NCBI GenBank assembly: GCA_012295275.1
Contig: CM022672.1
Span: 14,632,001 to 14,696,000 of the forward strand
Reading direction: 5' to 3'
From: Chrysomallon squamiferum
Taxonomy: Eukaryota; Animalia; Mollusca
DNA length: 64,000 nucleotides
In this document: positions 14,456 to 29,302 of the stretch, in pieces
Layout: each line of letters starts with the position of its first letter
How positions within the stretch are numbered: position 1 is the first letter of the stretch
Notes under the pieces: generated by a model
What the model saw: the letters and a program-made list of their open reading frames with translations, nothing else
What the model was told of the DNA's origin: nothing
Databases searched by the model: none
Translations under genes and position numbers: made by a program

Positions 14456-15566
14456 TACAACCCCTCAAAAAACTACTACGATATATTTTGATAAATTGCA
14501 TCAATATCTCTTACTCCCAATGACAAACGTAATCATATTTAATTTCTTGTAAAGCGTGGTTATAACACGAATTATTAGACCGCCGCGCTTCTTAAAAACG
14601 TATTTCTCTAAGCGGGTGATTTTCAGATCGGGGAACCTTTGAGGGGTCCATTTTGTAATTAGCGTTTTTTTCGTTCTGTTTGTCCAGCCAGCTCGTAATT
14701 AAACCATTCCGTCTTTTCCAGCCGAAGACGAATTACTTTCCGTCGCATCTCGAGTACCCCCCCCCTCCCCTCCACTTCAAAGCACGGAAACACTGTTAAT
14801 TACAAGCAAAGGTCCTTGTGCGCATGTCTCCACACAGAGCAGTCCCGCGGCGAAAAAGCGGACGGCTCAATTTCCCACCAATCGCTGCTCTGATTTTCAC
14901 CTCGTCGACTCTGACCGATTCGCAAGGATCAGCGGGGGTCCCTGCTCTCCCGAAAGTCTCGATAATTGTCTTCAATCGCCACCAATAGTGCGGAAAATAT
15001 TTTCATAACACTGGCGGCCGTCAATCAAACGGGATTGACTTTATTCGTTTTGATTATTGCGAGTGACATATTATTCTGCAGTGTTCGCGCGCAGAAACCG
15101 CATTCAAAAAAAAATCTTTCGGGATAATGGAGTCATAGAAACAGCGCTATCAAATGGTAATGCGTGTCAGCTTTAACCGTCATCAAGAGTGTTTAAACGT
15201 TTCTTTAGTCGAAGCCGGGCTTTTGTTGTTCTCCGTCTTATTTGTAGCACACGGATCGTTGAGATACACCGCACAGCGAAGTATTCATATTTCTCACCTA
15301 GCTGAGAAGCGTTTTTACTACTTTCTTTTTTTTTTTTTTTTTTTTTTTTATTTCTTCCCTTTCTAATCCTGGGACAAACGAAGCAGAAGATTGCTTTGAC
15401 AAATCGACCTCGCGATGCAGCAGCTAACACTCGAATTAAAGCAGGGAAAAGCATATGGCTGGTTACGACATCGTTTTAATACTAATGCATTGTTGACCAT
15501 GTTGTTGTTGTTGTTGTTGTTGTTTTTTTTTTTTTTTTTTTTTTTGCCGTTGTTGTTAGTGTTTTA

Positions 15567-15626
<60 letters not shown>

Positions 15627-16096
15627 GTTGTTGTTATTATTATTAAAGTTGTTGTTGGTGATGGTGGTGGTGTTGTTATTTTTCTAATTGTTGTCGTCAT
15701 TGTTGTTATTGTTTATTATCGTTGTTATTTCTTATCATGAATGAATGAACAGATACCATGTATGAATGAATAGTTGGATGGACGGAGAGAAGAACGAATG
15801 AACGGGCGAACAAATGAGCTAAACGTGTTTCAAGACACAAGAACAAATGTTTCTTAAATATCCCTTTGATATAACGCCATTGCTACATAATTACTGCATC
15901 AATAGTTCTTTATTTTTCTTTTTTCTTTCTCTTTTATATTTTTTCTTCTTTTCTTTTTCATTTACTATCTTTAAACACACTTCAAAAAACACCACATTTA
16001 TATTACTTTTTTTCTTTCATTTACTATCTTTAAATACATTTTCAAAAATACCACATTTATTTTTTTTTTTTCTTTATCTTTACAATCTTTAATTAC

Positions 16097-16130
<34 letters not shown>

Positions 16131-16533
16131 ACATTTTTGTAACTATTTAGCCTCCTCATTCCGTGCTCGCTCATTTCAACTCTCTCTCTCTCTCTCTCCT
16201 TTCACCCCTACCCCTACCCCCTACCCCGCCCGTCCGACTCCCTGGAATGTGATTCTCATCACAGCATCGTGTCCTGTCTCATTTGCAAGCAATTTGTTGG
16301 GAATTAAGAACAAAGACTCCTCTGCAATCTCGCCGCGATATTTGGCAAGATTTCTTAACTCGGCCTAATCTTCCCTGATGCCACTGGAGAAAAAATAGAT
16401 GAATTTTGATTCACTTGATATTAACTTTGAATAGCGTTTCATTGCCCATATCCTTAGTAGAGCCATCATTACGTCGTGCATCGGGCAGCCGGGATAATGA
16501 AAGCGTTAATGTTGAAAATGAATGATGGGTAGG

Positions 16534-16603
<70 letters not shown>

Positions 16604-16910
16604 TGAAACAGAAATTAAAATGAAGGGTCAAAAAAGATGACAAAAGCAAACAAAAGATAAAAAAAAAACTAAGTTAATCTTTGATGGATAAACTAAATAA
16701 TGGATATGATCATTTTATTTATGTCCTATATTATCTATAATTGTATTAGGCTTTTAAAATATACTTTAGTAAAAAAAAAAAAAAAAAAAAAAAATGGGAT
16801 AAAACAAAGAAATTAAATTATATTAAAAATAAAAAATATTTATATATAAAGATAGAAAACAGTTATGAATGACTATAATAAAGTAAATAAAATAAACCAA
16901 AGATAAAAAG

Positions 16911-16961
<51 letters not shown>

Positions 16962-17014
16962 AAGAAGAAGAAAAAATTATGAATTTGTAAGTTTTATTTA
17001 AGTCATGTATTCTG

Positions 17015-17135
17015 CATCATTCCAGTACCCTGTGCTGGTTTATTAAATATTTTGAGCAGCTACATTTAAAAATCATATAACTCAATGTGGCAACAGCGGG
17101 TTTCTTCTCTTTTCTGTTTGATCCTTAATTATAGA
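17015..17135 (+). mobile_element. Highly decayed SINE-like fragment
   Basis: ATTCCAG...CTGGTTTATTAAA...ATGTGGCAACAGCGGGTTTCTTCTCT resembles, from memory, the central/3' part of mollusc MetaSINE/MESC-type SINEs. The related motif AGAGGAAACCCGC occurs in reverse orientation at ~33788. Confidence 0.35.
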
Positions 17136-17788
17136 GTGTATTATGTATGTTTGTTTGTACGTTTATATGTATGTACACGTATGTAAGTATGTATGTCTGT
17201 TTGTATATGTGTATACATGTATGTACGTTTCTATAAGTTTATGTATATGTGTGTAAGTGTATATATGTATGTACGTATGTATGTATGTATGTAGTATGGA
17301 TTATTATGTTTGTAGTATGGATATATAAGTATTGTATCTTTATACATTAAAAAATAATGTAAAAAGCAGTAAACACTGATAAAACGAAAATTTACATCAA
17401 AAAAGAGTTAATGATTATTTGATATTTTGGAAGATGACACGAAGCCACATAACAGAACAATTGTTTATTACGTTAAACAACAGACTAAAGCAACTTTGAT
17501 ATTTTAAAATATAACAATTAAGGATAATCTTTTCACTATTACCAATTCCACTAATCAGGAACAAAAACAACCGTTTCTAAAGACCTTACAAAAACACTCT
17601 TTCTTTAAAACACGTTATTTTTCTACATTAATTCTATAGAGTCTCGTTACACAGCTGTATTATTTCACGTTTTATTTTCTTATAAATACTTTTTGATTTG
17701 TCGTCTACTTTATTTCTCCATCCTTTGACAAAAAAAAAGCAACGGGTTAATGTTTTTTAACGCTTTACAATTGCTGTACTTAACTTCT

Positions 17789-17831
<43 letters not shown>

Positions 17832-18312
17832 TCTCATTCCTTAACGAGAACCTCACAATGTGACAAATAAGCGCATTTACAAAGAAAAACACGTCAAAAG
17901 TTCAGTTAAATCGAATGGCTAACTCTCTCTGTGTTGTTTGTGAAAACTTCGACAATACAATGAACCTAAACCTGAAAATGATATATTCGGGAGGACAATA
18001 AAAAAACAACAATGCCGTGACAGTCGATCAAGCCGTAGCCGCTGTTTTAATGGTGGTGCTAATGACGCCGTTAGTGAGCTGACGCAGGTGGCAAGCACGC
18101 CCCTGCGGTCTCCCTCCTCCCTCTTTTTGTTCCTGCCCATCGAATTGCGAAAAGAAGCAAAATGGATGATTTAAAATTCTAGTGTGTAATAATTATACCC
18201 TGAAATGTAAAGTAATGCGTAACCGGACGAAATCAGTAAATCCAAAATCAAAATTATACAGTATAGAAATTTTATATATATATAGAAGTATAACTAATAC
18301 ACACATATACAC

Positions 18313-18356
<44 letters not shown>

Positions 18357-20145
18357 ATTCTCACAAGACTATAAAAAAAACCTCACACATCCGCATACGC
18401 ACACGCACACACACACACATACATATGTGTATAATTATATATAAGTTTATGATATATATTTTTTTTTTTTTTCAATTAATTCTTTAAAAAAATTCTGTAA
18501 CATAACATAAAAAAGTTACTTGAAATTATATAACAAAACAAAAAATAAATAAATAAATAAATATTTAATAATAAGTGAAATTATTTGTTTTTATAAATTT
18601 AGACAAATACCAGGGAGTGTGGGAATGGACTGGGAAAAAAATCAAAAATTTTTAAATTTTATTATTAATAAAATACAATTTAAAAAAAAAAACACCAAAA
18701 AAAAAAACCCAGCCAAAGTATCAATGGCCGAAAGAAAATAATAGAGAGAGCCGTCAAGAGCTCATTCTTTCTGCTCCCAACCCTCTTGAATCAGCGAGTG
18801 CATTTTTTGTCAAATTCCTTCTTTTTTTCTCTTCTTCTTCTTCTTCTTCTTCTCAGTCTTCTAAGCCAGTTGACGATTTACGGAATTCTGATATCTTTGT
18901 CAAAAAAAAAAAAAAAAAAAAAATGAACAAACGTTTATTTGTTTATCGTCGAGATACGCGATGTGACTTCCTCTGAACACTTCACAAGACGTTCTGTCCG
19001 TCTTTTCTTTTTTCTTTTTCTTTTTGCCTTTTCGAGTCTCTTTTGTGAGCGATTGTGTGGAAGGCTCCAGAGCCCGGGCAGTGCTAAACGTTTACATCCG
19101 TCCCCAATTGCTTTGTCGTCAATTTCGTTTGACTGACAGCGATAAACATCGCCGTGTTAATTAGCCTCGCAGATGTGTGACAATCGATCAGAGATCAATG
19201 ACGGATTCCACGGGCATTCATCGCGGTCAGGGAACCGCTGCCCGGGGCGTGGCCAAAATGCCGCGATGTCCAGCAGCACCAGATATGTTTTTGTCTATCG
19301 CTGGAACGTCTTTCGAGTCGTTTGTGTTAGTTTTGTGGCGTCTACGTGTAATTGTGTAAGTGTGAACTGAAGTGAATGTATGTAGTTATGTGTGCATGTA
19401 TCCATGTGTGTGTGTGTGTGTGTTTGTATGTGTATGTATGTATGTATGTATGTATGTATGTATGTTTGTAAGTATGTTTGTATGTATGTATGTATGTATG
19501 TATGTATGCATGCATATATGTATGTACACACGTTTGTGTATATGTATGTATGTTTGTATATATGTTAGTTTGCATGTATGTATGTATATGTGTAAGTATG
19601 TGTGCATCTAATTTTATCTCTAGTTGCCTTAAAGCTAACTATTGTAATGTATAATTTTTATTACATTCTTCTGATTTTAAAGCTAATTTTGTTGTACTGG
19701 AGTGTTTTTGACTATACATTTATTATTTTGCTATCATATTTTAAAAACATTTATTTACATACATAAAACATTTTATTAAAACTTAATGCAGACGCGTTCA
19801 GAGATGCATAGAAATACGCTTCAAGAACAAAACAATACGTTGCTGAATCTGTTTAAAGCTATTTCAATAACTATTTATAAAGTATGCTTTATTCCGAAGA
19901 TCTGTGAAAATTTAAACATTTCAAAGCACCATTCCAGCTGTGTTTATTTACGACAACATGTTTTTTAATGTTTGTTTTCTAACTCATGTGTGAATTATTG
20001 GACCTGGTCGTCAAATCTTTGATTTCTCACCATCCCAGAAAGCATAATGACGAACCATTAAGACTGTCATTAAAATATGGATGAAAAAAACACTGATCTG
20101 AAAAAATTTTTTTTTACATACATACCTACCTTACACACAGACACA

Positions 20146-20191
<46 letters not shown>

Positions 20192-20722
20192 AACAAACAA
20201 ACACGTATATATTTACATACTGTACATAAATGCTACCACTACTGCCACTACTAAAACTGCTACCACTGCAACCGCCAATACTGCTGCTACCACTGCTACT
20301 ACTACCACTACTACTATTACTGACAGTACAACTACTACTAATCTTAACCTAACTATTCATATTACTATTATTATTACAACAACTACTAATATTACTTAAT
20401 TTTGTTATAATTTTTGTGATTAGTTCTATGATTATCCAAAGGCTGTTACTGTTACTTCTAATGCAGTTCTTGCTAATTCTATTACTGTTACTTTTGCTAC
20501 CGAAACTAATGCTGCGTTCGTTACTAAAATACATCCCACGTAAACGAGCCTTAAGACGGATATCGTCGTAATTCAGAATTTTACGATTTTCAAATTTTAT
20601 TACCAGTTATATATATATTTTTTATTGCATTTTAATTTTATGAGATATCTATTTGTGGTTCCTTGAGGAAGTTACATATGCATATCCTCATACACACAAA
20701 CACACACACACACACACACTAC

Positions 20723-20823
<101 letters not shown>

Positions 20824-21288
20824 TACATACAGACACGCACGCACGCACTACTTCACACACATTAAAATATATACACAAACATGTCAACGTGAGTCATAAT
20901 TCTTTACGGCTAATTTACTTTAATGCTGTCATTAACTTATTTTAAAATTCATTTTTTCTTAAAAAGAAAACAACCCATGTCTTCTTTCTAATTTTTTCCG
21001 CTATTCTGCATCATCCGTAAAATATCATTGCCTAATTTGCATATTTAAAGTGATTTTTATGTGAACTTAGAAAGGACTCTGTCGGACAGAAAAGTACAGC
21101 CTATTTCGAGCAGCCCATTTCTTTATAACGATACAATAATTAGAAGTAGGTGCAATAAAAAAGAAAGTGTTTTTTTTATTATAACCCTGGTGTATTTGTA
21201 TTATTATTATTGTTTCTATTACTTTAGCAATACTAATGCAACAACGGCCATTACTATATTTAGTAGTAGTAGTAGTAGTAGTAGTAAC

Positions 21289-21344
<56 letters not shown>

Positions 21345-24300
21345 GAGGAGTTAATGCTACTACTGTTGAAGCCACTTTTATCATTATTACTGCTACCGGT
21401 TGTAAAAACAATATAATTATTACTTGTGGTATTGTTGTATTATTGGAAGAAAAAATTGGGGACAGCTGTCCAGGGGGCAGTTGACCTAGAATCGGTAATA
21501 GGTTTTAATATTGGTAGTAGTAGTAGTTGTAGAAGTCGTAGTAATTGTTGTTGTTGTTGTGTTGGTAGTAGTAATAGTAGTACCGGTACTAATAATGGTG
21601 GTACGAGTAGTGGTTGGTTTTATACTAGTAGTAGCAATATTAGTAATAATAGTAATGGTGGTGGTGGTAATTGGTTTTGGTAGTAGTAGTAATAGTGGCA
21701 GTAGTAGTAGTTAGTAGCAATAATAGTAGTAGTAGTAGTGGTAATTGAAGTAACAAGAAAAGTTATGCAGGGGTTATAATAGTAACTGATGTTGTTGTAT
21801 TTGCTTTTAATAAGCTGTTGTCGTAGTAGTTGTAGTTGCTATGACAACTCGTTCCTCTTTCGTATTCTAATGTCTAATTGCTAACAGATCAGCACAGTTC
21901 AAGGAATGACAAACGCTGCTTTTCTCTGTCATGTAATCAAGAAACACCCAGTTGTTTAATACCAAGTAACGGTTCATACAGAAAGTATTGAGATCGTTAA
22001 ACAACATTTATTTATTTTATTTTTACTTGTGTTCTGTGGTAGTTTGTTAAAAATAAAACTGTATTTACGTTTAGACCCATTCTGCAGCTGGCTTCAGAGG
22101 AAAATGCTTGATGATCCGGAACAAATGTTACAAAATGCTTTACTGAACTGTGAAATGCATACATAATGATGTGAAGAAAAGTCAAGATATAAAGTAGTAA
22201 TAATAATAATATTATCAAAGAAAGTATTCAGATTGTATTGCAGTAATAGTAGCAGCAGTTTTTGTTGTAGTTGGTGTTGTTGATGTTACTGTAGTAGTGG
22301 GAACAACGGTGGTAATAGTTGAAATTGTTGTCGTTGTTGTAATAGTTGTTATTATCGTTGTATATTTTAGCAGTTGTTGTCGTAGTTGTTAATTTTTTTA
22401 TACTAGTAGTCGTGGTAAAAGCAAAAAATTAATAATAATAATAGCAGTAGCGGTTTAGACGTTTTTGTGACGGAAGCAGTAGTAGTTTGTGAATTGAAAA
22501 AAAATATATTATTTTTAAAGACGTACAAAAATAAATTAAATAAATATACATGTAAATATAAATAAATAAGTGTTTTCACTTCAAAAAAAAAAAAAAATAG
22601 AAGAAGAAAAGAAAATAATAATAAGAGATAAAGAAAAACAGAATAGAACAATTTTTTTTTTGTAATAATTAAAAATAAATAAATAAGTAAAATAAATCAA
22701 CGAAACAGAACATCGTCATCATGTAGCATTTTGTCTGTGTTTTGGGGTCCTTGTACAGCAATAAGCCAGCCATGTTTGGCTTTTTGCCTTTTTCATCAAA
22801 GACTGTCTTTCCTTTTTTTTTCTTTTTTCTTTTTCTCTTTTTCATACACAGTTTAATATTCATAACATAATTTTTCATAGCTTTTTATTGCCCCGCTACT
22901 TTATGAAAACCCTTTCAATAGCTTGACAGTTTTTTAAGACATCGCCACCCATAAAATGTGTCTTTTAAAGCGGGAATCGGCTTCGCTGGTATCTGTGAGG
23001 ATCGTAAATAACGTACAAAAAGAACTCGGGGAAAAAGATTCCTTTATCGGACACAATATAGAGTGATCATGCGTTTATCACGCAGAACGAGCGAGCTTTT
23101 TATGTGACGTGAAACCCAATGTGCCATTCATGCTACTTTCTATATCTTAATCTCGCGTTTTGTGTTGGAGGCACACATGCGCGCGGATATTCAGATTAAT
23201 AAAGCCAGTGATAGTATCCATCGGGTTATTTTAACAGCACAGAATCAATGGTGATTCTAACTAAAAGTGAAAAAAAAAAAAAAAAAAAAAAATGTTTTGT
23301 ACGACGGGGTCGAAGGTCAATATCTTGTCTGTGAAAGACCCAGTCCAGCGAAGCGAGGAGTTTTTTTTTTTTATGATTGATGTGTGGAAAAAAAAAGCGT
23401 CTTTAAAAATAAGATAAAATAAAATAAAATAAAAAAAAAAAAAAAAAAAAAAGGCGGCTCTACCGTTTATAATGCATGCATAATTCACATCAAAATAGTT
23501 TGTCACTATACTGCAAGTGTTCGTTATTTCTAAAGAAGTGGAAATGTTTACACAGAGTTCCAAACGATCTCTCAACAAGCAACAGAAAAAAGATCTGAAT
23601 CGAGAGATTTTTGTTTGTTTCCGTCGAAGATTTGTTTTTTTGGGGGGATGGTTACTAAACATTGTCAAAATAAAAAAAAGAATAATAATAATAATAAAAT
23701 AAAATAAAAAAAGAAGTTAATAATAACAATAATAATCGCTGCTAATAGTAATAAAACTAAGACACATTTATTAAAGATGAAATAAAATAAGTAATAAGTT
23801 AAAAAAAAAAAAAAAAAAAAAAAAAAGTGTAAAAGTTTAATAATGATTAATTCTAGGACTTCCCATGAACATAAAATTTTAATCAAAGCTAAATAATTCA
23901 TTTTTCTTATTATAATCTTTGAATAAGAGAATGTTTGACATTAAGAAATGTTTCTAGAATAGTAATAATTCTAGCTTCGAAAAAAAAAAAAATAATAATA
24001 ATAATATGCATCAGTGTTTCAGTATTAAAGTGTTTTATTCGACTGTACAATAAATGGTATAATTTAAAAGTATCTAAAAATAAAATAATAAAATAAATAA
24101 ATAAATGCTCTATTTAATCATAATAATAATAAAATAAATAAATAAACGGTCTAATTAATAATAATAATAATAATAAAATAATTTAATTAATTAATAAAAA
24201 TGCATTATACTTAAAACTTTTCATTTTATTGTACATGCAAAACGAGTCATAGCGACTAACAAAGTCACAGAACAAAGTAATGGCTACTAAACATTGGACA

Positions 24301-25768
24301 CAGACATTTTATCCGTAACAACATCGTGAAGACGGTCACGACGTCTCATTGTCCAAACAGCCGCTGGTCAGCAGCTATAAAACAGCGGCGTAAATAAAAA
24401 CGATCTATTAAATTTATCTGTTGAAGACGAAAGCCGTGTCATTTTGTAACACGAATTCTGATTGGCTCTTCTAACACCCGACTTTATATTTGTCGGTTTA
24501 TCTATTTCACAGAATTGAGGTGACGCTGAGATAAATTTTTCATAATCAGCTGCAACATTGTGGCATTAAAATAAAGAAAAAAAAAAATAGTGTAAAAGTA
24601 ATACATCCTTGCTTATGCAGAAATGTTCTTTAATCTTTTATTAAAGAGGGTTAAGCATTTCTGCTACCACTACTCCAATACTGTAACTACAACTACTATT
24701 ACTATTACCTCTACTACAACCACTACTATTACTATATACCATTATTAGAATTAATATTACTAATAATAATAACAACGACAGGAACAACAACAACAATAAT
24801 AATTATAATAATAATATTATAATAATAATTAATTAATTAATTAATATGAAACAAACAGCAAATAATAACAATAATTAGCAATGATGATGAAGATGATGAA
24901 GAACAAGATTTTTAAAAACATATCACTAGCATACGCATAAATAAATAAATTAATTAATTAATTAATTAATTAAGAGACTAAGAACAAATAAATGTGAACA
25001 AAATAGAGGGAAAAACAGAAAGAAAAGAATACCGGAAAACCAAATCACCACCAATCCGCAAAAGAAAAAAGACCCCAAAAATATCAAAAGCGAATTAAAC
25101 CATATAAATGTAGCCAATTACAAATATAAATTTAAAAAAGAAACATTTCCTAAATAAATTTTTGTTAGCAGTAATGTATTTATGGACTCATTCTTTCTAT
25201 GCTTTGGACTGCTCTTGATGGGTTTGACAAAAGTTTTGAACAACGCAACAAGGGAAATAACTCGTTCTGCTAGTAGACCAAGAGTTATTAGCTACTTGCC
25301 TTCATTGGCAACACATGAAAGTACGAAATTGTTTAAGATTTATACAGAAAGTAGTTTATGTAAAGTAATTTCAGCTTAGAAATTTCAGAATTACGCTTTA
25401 ATCAAAACAGCAATCTTCTGCTTATATGAATACGATTTAGTGAAATAAATTCCAAAATCTGAAGATTTTTTAAAGTAAAATTGTGTTGATCTTAACAAAA
25501 AGTCTAATAAGATTGTGTATAATTTAGCTTGGTATCGCGTCATCAATTTTCTGGTACCTTTCAACTACTGGTAGTAAATTATTATGTAAAACTGCCAAAC
25601 AGAACACAAACATATCGATTTTTGTCGAGTAAAAATATACCAGTTTATTTTACTGCTAAATTAAAGACACACTATACAAAAAAAAAATTAAAAAATTAAA
25701 AATTAAAAATCGTTTATAAGTACAAATAACAATAAAAAGACAGTAACAGGCTTATTAGAATAGTGATA

Positions 25769-25819
<51 letters not shown>

Positions 25820-25916
25820 TGGAGAGTCTTAGCAACTACAAAATAACATAAAAGAGTAAAATATATTTTTAAAAAACAAAGAAAAAAAACAAAAACAATA
25901 ACAGTAATAGCAGTAG

Positions 25917-25981
<65 letters not shown>

Positions 25982-26077
25982 TTAATAATAATAATAATAA
26001 TGAAAGAGTAAAATATTTTATTACGGAATCATTACATTGTCGTAATTTACATTTTCATCTTCACAGACTAAACTGTT

Positions 26078-26769
26078 TCAGCCTACAATCCACGGTAAGC
26101 GGTCGGGGGGGTGCGTAATGACGTTGAACGGGACCAGAAAATCGATGACGCTATCTAAGCTGCCATTGGTTGGCCCTGGCGGTATTCCCAGCAGCTCACA
26201 CATCAGAGGATATATATCGACGTTTTTGATTGGTCCAAATCGGACATTTTTCTTGAAGTTCGGACCACTCGCCAAGAAGATGGGTTTCATAGACATGAGT
26301 TCGTTGTCCCAGCCGTGCGTTCCTTTGTACGTCCTGGTGTGACTTAGTTGAGCTTTGTTCTGTAAATAAAATAAATTAAATTAAATTAAAATGATAAAAT
26401 AAATCTCTTGAATGGACAGTAACTTCTACACTGGTTTTCCATTACCAACGCTGATTTGGTCTCAGACCGTCGAAAATTCTTATTCTTCTCTTAGCTACCG
26501 TAATCCACGTAACCCGTTTTTTATTCATCAGTCCAAGTTTGTGGGTACAATTCGTAAAGCCATCCAACATAAGCTTGCATTCATCCATTAATCGATCTGC
26601 CAGTCCATTAAAATATCCATTCATCATAGTTTTTTTTTTTTTCTTCTAATTTTGTTGTTTGTGGTTGTTTTTTGTTTTTTTTTTTTTTTTTTTTTTTTTT
26701 TGTTGTTGTTAAATATTGTTTACCTTTTACCTTTTTATCTCTGTGCATGCAGAAATATCCTTACTAATA

Positions 26770-26823
<54 letters not shown>

Positions 26824-27284
26824 ACACACACGCACACGCCCATATTCATATATACATATATAATTATTATATGTGTTGGTTGTGTGTGTGTGTGTGTGGC
26901 TTTTGGGGACGGACTTTTTTTATTTCGATAAATTACTTGTAATTTAAATATATATTGTTAACATTTACTTCTTTGGTTTTTTAATTGATAGTTTGGATCT
27001 AAAAAAAAAAAAGACCAACTTTGAAAATAGTTTTTATTTTTAAAACTAACATACAATTTGTTTTTATTTAAAACTTGTTTTGTTTTGATTCATAATTTTT
27101 ACAGGCGAAAACGAAATCAACATGCATGACTGTACTGCTGTTGAGAAACAAAACAGTTAATTTCATTTATGTTTCATTTTATTTCGGACTGAAAGAAAAG
27201 AGAAATAGCTGGTTTTTGTCTTAATAAATTGTCTTGCTTGGGTCGAATAGCGATGTCCTACGACAGTACACAGTTATATATATA

Positions 27285-27347
<63 letters not shown>

Positions 27348-29302
27348 GACAAAAACCAGTTATATAGAATAATAGTTTTTATTTATTTATTTAACTTACG
27401 GTAGATATAAGCCAGCCTTCGTCAGCCATAACAAAGACCGGCATGATTCGTCTGTTGTTTTTGTAGTGCAACCTGTCAGGAATGTCTCTCTTGTGATACA
27501 CTGTTATGTGAGACACGTTCTTCAGTTTAGATTCACAACCGTGTCCGCCTGTCCGTCCACGGGAAGAATCTGGGCGTTCGGTCCATGCGATGGGACCATC
27601 TCGATTAGAGATCTGTCTACGTGATCGTAAATGTCGATCACCTGAAACAGAGTGAAAATAAATGTTGAGAAAAACTCAGGTTAGTAGCTATTCTTGACAG
27701 CGTCGTGTTACTGACGCTGAGATGCATATTATCAGTTTATGTATTTTTCTTAATAATGACATTTATTATGTATTTTTCGTAATAATGACCTTTATTATGT
27801 ATTTTTCTTTATAATGACATTTATTATGTCTTTTTGTTTATAATGACATTTATTTTGTGCTGAAACTAGTGTTAACCTTTTTTTTTTTTTTTTTTTTTTG
27901 GAAATTGTAGTCTGGTAATGTAATTTAAAAATCACATGAGGAGAAGAAGAAGAAGAAGAATCTCTGTCTTAAACAAACCTTATTTTTCACATCAGTGGCA
28001 AACATCCCATGATCACTGGTAACAATAACATTCACTTTGTCCCTCAGTCCGTTCTCATCCAACCTCGTCATCAAGTACCCAAGTATTCCGTCCATCTCCT
28101 TCACTTTGCTTATTATTTCCGGCGAATCGGGCCCGTGCGCATGCCCGGTGTGGTCCGGTTCCGGGAAGTAAAGCGTAACAAAATTCAGATTATCGTTAAC
28201 GAACCAGTCCATTACGTCGTCGACTCGTTTCCGGAAAGGGGTGTGGTCCGAATATTTCAGCCATTTGTCCGGTCGTATTCCTCCGATTTCCGTTTCGCTG
28301 CCAGGCCAGTAGTAGGTTCCGGACGTTAGACCGAATCGCTTCACGCGACACCAGATGGGTTCCGATTCGTTCCACCATTTTGTGTCCTTGACGCCCATGT
28401 GGAAGGTTTCGTTGAAAAGTGGGTCGTACATAGAGTTGTCGACAATTCCATGCGTCTCTTCGTACACTCCTAAATGTGTTTAAATGTCATTGTAATTTTT
28501 CTCGAACAAACAGTTTAAATCTGTTTTCTAAGTTTCCGTATGATTAATATAAGTTTCTTACAGTTATTTTTCTGTTTGTAATAAGATATAAACAAAATAA
28601 ATAAATAAATAAATAAGTAAATAAATAAATAAAATAAAATAAGAAATAAAATAACAAATTCTTCAGAATGTATGGAATCTGATAAATAAATGCTTTATTC
28701 ACATGGTTTAAAAAAAAAATAGAATAAAGAAAAAAGAAAGAAAGAAAGGAAAAATCGATCAAACAATAACAATACTGTATTTGCAATTGTACAGTTCTTT
28801 AATCATTGTAAAGTTACCGTATGCTCAGTCAGTTAGGAATATTTTATACATTATGTGTATATTTATGTATATGCAAAAGAAAAATATTGCTTTCCGTGCA
28901 TCCTCAAGAGCTTGATATTTTGTTATACTTTATTATCAGCAAACACTGGTGGCCAATAAAATAGCCTCAAAAAAGTATTAAAAAATGTATTTCTTCCCAC
29001 CTGCAAAATTATGAATTTTATTAATTTTAGAAAGAAATTTAAATACGATACGATACTGTACCTGTTACGATCGTGTAATGGTTTGGAAATGTTTTCGTCA
29101 CAAACGAATTATTCACGTAATCCACTTTAATTCCGTGTTTCAAAAACAAGTCGAAATTCGGCGTGTACGTCTTGTAAAGGTAATCCCAGCGAAACCCGTC
29201 CATAGAAACTAAAAGTAATTTATCTACATATCTGGGAACAGCTTGCTCCGATATTCCGCATAAACAGCCAAACAGACATAACAGAAATACTGACTTGAGC
29301 AT
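26078..29302 (-). CDS. ENPP4/5-like: Ectonucleotide pyrophosphatase/phosphodiesterase ENPP4/5-like, copy A (secreted type). As assembled it has a +2 frameshift and premature stop in exon 3 (pseudogene or consensus error).
   Basis: Exons (minus strand) 29302-29062, 28469-27979, 27641-27400 and 26359-26078, all GT-AG, intron phases matching B and C. Signal peptide [16 protein letters not shown]. Alkaline-phosphatase-superfamily motifs [16 protein letters not shown] (Thr nucleophile), EPDHTGH, TSDHG, THGWDN. Exon 3 is 242 bp versus 240 bp in B/C, putting TGA (27524-27522) in frame. The repaired protein would be 417 aa. Confidence 0.88.
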
